A stretch of 64,000 nucleotides of DNA from Pyrinomonadaceae bacterium (lineage in GTDB: Bacteria; Acidobacteriota; Blastocatellia; Pyrinomonadales; Pyrinomonadaceae). Position 1 is the stretch's first letter, and each line of letters starts with the position of its first letter. Where the stretch lies: NCBI GenBank assembly GCA_051004635.1, contig JBPCKD010000005.1, forward strand, positions 4,558 through 68,557, read 5' to 3'. Under the pieces are notes generated by a model. That model ran no database searches. It had not been told where the DNA came from and saw only the letters and a program-made list of their open reading frames with translations. Positions 63,028 through 64,000 of the stretch are shown here, one piece after another. Position numbers and translations under genes: made by a program.

Positions 63028-64000
63028 ATGGATTATTACGAGAACGTCCTTGGACTAATCGGCCGCACACCGCTGGTGAAGCTCAACCGTATGAACCGAG
63101 GAATTAAAGCTACGGTGCTGGCGAAAATGGAAAATCTGAATCCCGGCTTCTCGGTGAAGGACCGCATTGGCGTCTCGATGATTGCGGCGGCCGAGCGCGA
63201 AGGAAAGTTGAAACCGGGCGGAACAATAGTGGAGGCCACTTCAGGAAACACAGGAATAGGCCTTGCGCTCGCGGCGGCGGTCAAAGGTTACAAATGCATT
63301 TTTGTGATGACCGACAAAGCGTCGGTAGAGAAGTCGCGATATCTCAAGGCTTTGGGCGCGGATGTAGTGATCACACCAGTTTCAGCAAAGCCCGGAACGC
63401 CGGATCATTACGTGTCAACCGCTCAGAGAATTGCCAAGGAAACCCCGAATTCCTTCTATCCCGATCAGTATTCACATCCAGCCAACCCCGAAGCTCACTA
63501 TCAAACGACTGGCCCGGAGATTTGGGAACAGACAGAAGGCAAGATCACCCACTTTGTCGCCGGAATAGGAACCGGGGGTACCATCTCCGGCACCGGCCGA
63601 TTCTTGAAAGAGAAGAATCCGAAAATTAAAGTGGTGGGCGCCGATCCCTATGGTTCGATTTTTAAGACTTATAAGGACACGGGCAAAATAATTGAAACTA
63701 CCCCCTACCTCGTGGAAGGAATTGGGCAGGAGGTTGTGCCGCCAAACGTTCATATCAAATACATCGATGAGGTAATCAATATAACGGATGGTGAGTCGTT
63801 TGAAATGTCGCGGCAGTTAGGTCGCACCGAGGGAATCTTTTGCGGTGGATCGAGCGGGACCAACCTGGCTGCTGCCTTGCGCGTTGCGCGCGATCTGGAT
63901 GAAGACGCAGTTGTGGTGTTCATAGTCTGCGACACCGGCGAACACTATCTGACGAAGCACCATTCGGATGAGTGGCTGAAAGAGAAGCGTTTGCTCGAGC
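63028..64000 (+). CDS. PLP-dependent cystathionine beta-synthase / cysteine synthase family protein (3' end beyond window)
   Basis: My own translation from the ATG at 63028: [20 protein letters not shown]...[11 protein letters not shown] (PLP lysine)...[10 protein letters not shown]...[10 protein letters not shown]...GGSSG. The frame stays open to the window end and so is not in the ORF track. Confidence 0.85.
   Translation, partial: MDYYENVLGLIGRTPLVKLNRMNRGIKATVLAKMENLNPGFSVKDRIGVSMIAAAEREGKLKPGGTIVEATSGNTGIGLALAAAVKGYKCIFVMTDKASVEKSRYLKALGADVVITPVSAKPGTPDHYVSTAQRIAKETPNSFYPDQYSHPANPEAHYQTTGPEIWEQTEGKITHFVAGIGTGGTISGTGRFLKEKNPKIKVVGADPYGSIFKTYKDTGKIIETTPYLVEGIGQEVVPPNVHIKYIDEVINITDGESFEMSRQLGRTEGIFCGGSSGTNLAAALRVARDLDEDAVVVFIVCDTGEHYLTKHHSDEWLKEKRLLE

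Noticed and set aside
1-64000. Prophage, integrase, conjugation or secretion-system genes
   Set aside because: No integrase, capsid, terminase, relaxase or secretion ATPase motifs appear in any ORF. The only autonomous mobile element is the IS110 copy.

Overview
The window is a 64 kb chromosomal segment. Its gene content suggests an Acidobacteriota-type soil bacterium: a CarboxypepD_reg/TonB-like outer-membrane receptor, giant TPR + FG-GAP + ASPIC/UnbV proteins, a HEAT-cyclophilin fusion and many secreted peptidases. This taxonomic call is an inference; no marker gene is present. Coding density is high, and I found no rRNA and no CRISPR array.

Left edge (1-6110): a small accessory/defence island lies 3' of a tRNA-Ser(UGA). 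It holds type I R-M hsdR-hsdM with a PIN toxin-antitoxin pair where hsdS is expected, plus further antitoxin-like genes that lack toxins.

The rest is mostly housekeeping and envelope genes:
- nadE and ttcA
- three tandem bactofilins
- a PerR-peroxiredoxin-redoxin cluster
- M1, M16 and S9 peptidases
- a DASS transporter
- an ECF sigma / anti-sigma pair flanked by LTXXQ (Spy/CpxP-like) proteins
- a partial cystathionine-beta-synthase-like gene at the right edge

Points I consider most worth a second look:
1. Two paralogous gene sets are built around very large TPR + FG-GAP + ASPIC proteins that share an uncharacterised C-terminal module of about 440 aa. One set is a translationally coupled three-gene operon ending in an RnfD/NqrB-like membrane protein.
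2. An IS110-family element sits between REP-like palindromes and has a 357-nt upstream non-coding end that could encode a bridge RNA.
3. At least five families of palindromic intergenic repeats are present. One family shows concerted, structure-preserving substitutions between its copies.
4. An M1 peptidase homologue keeps its zinc ligands but has lost the catalytic Glu (HLIAH instead of HExxH).

All functional calls come from motif recognition in the supplied translations, not from database searches.
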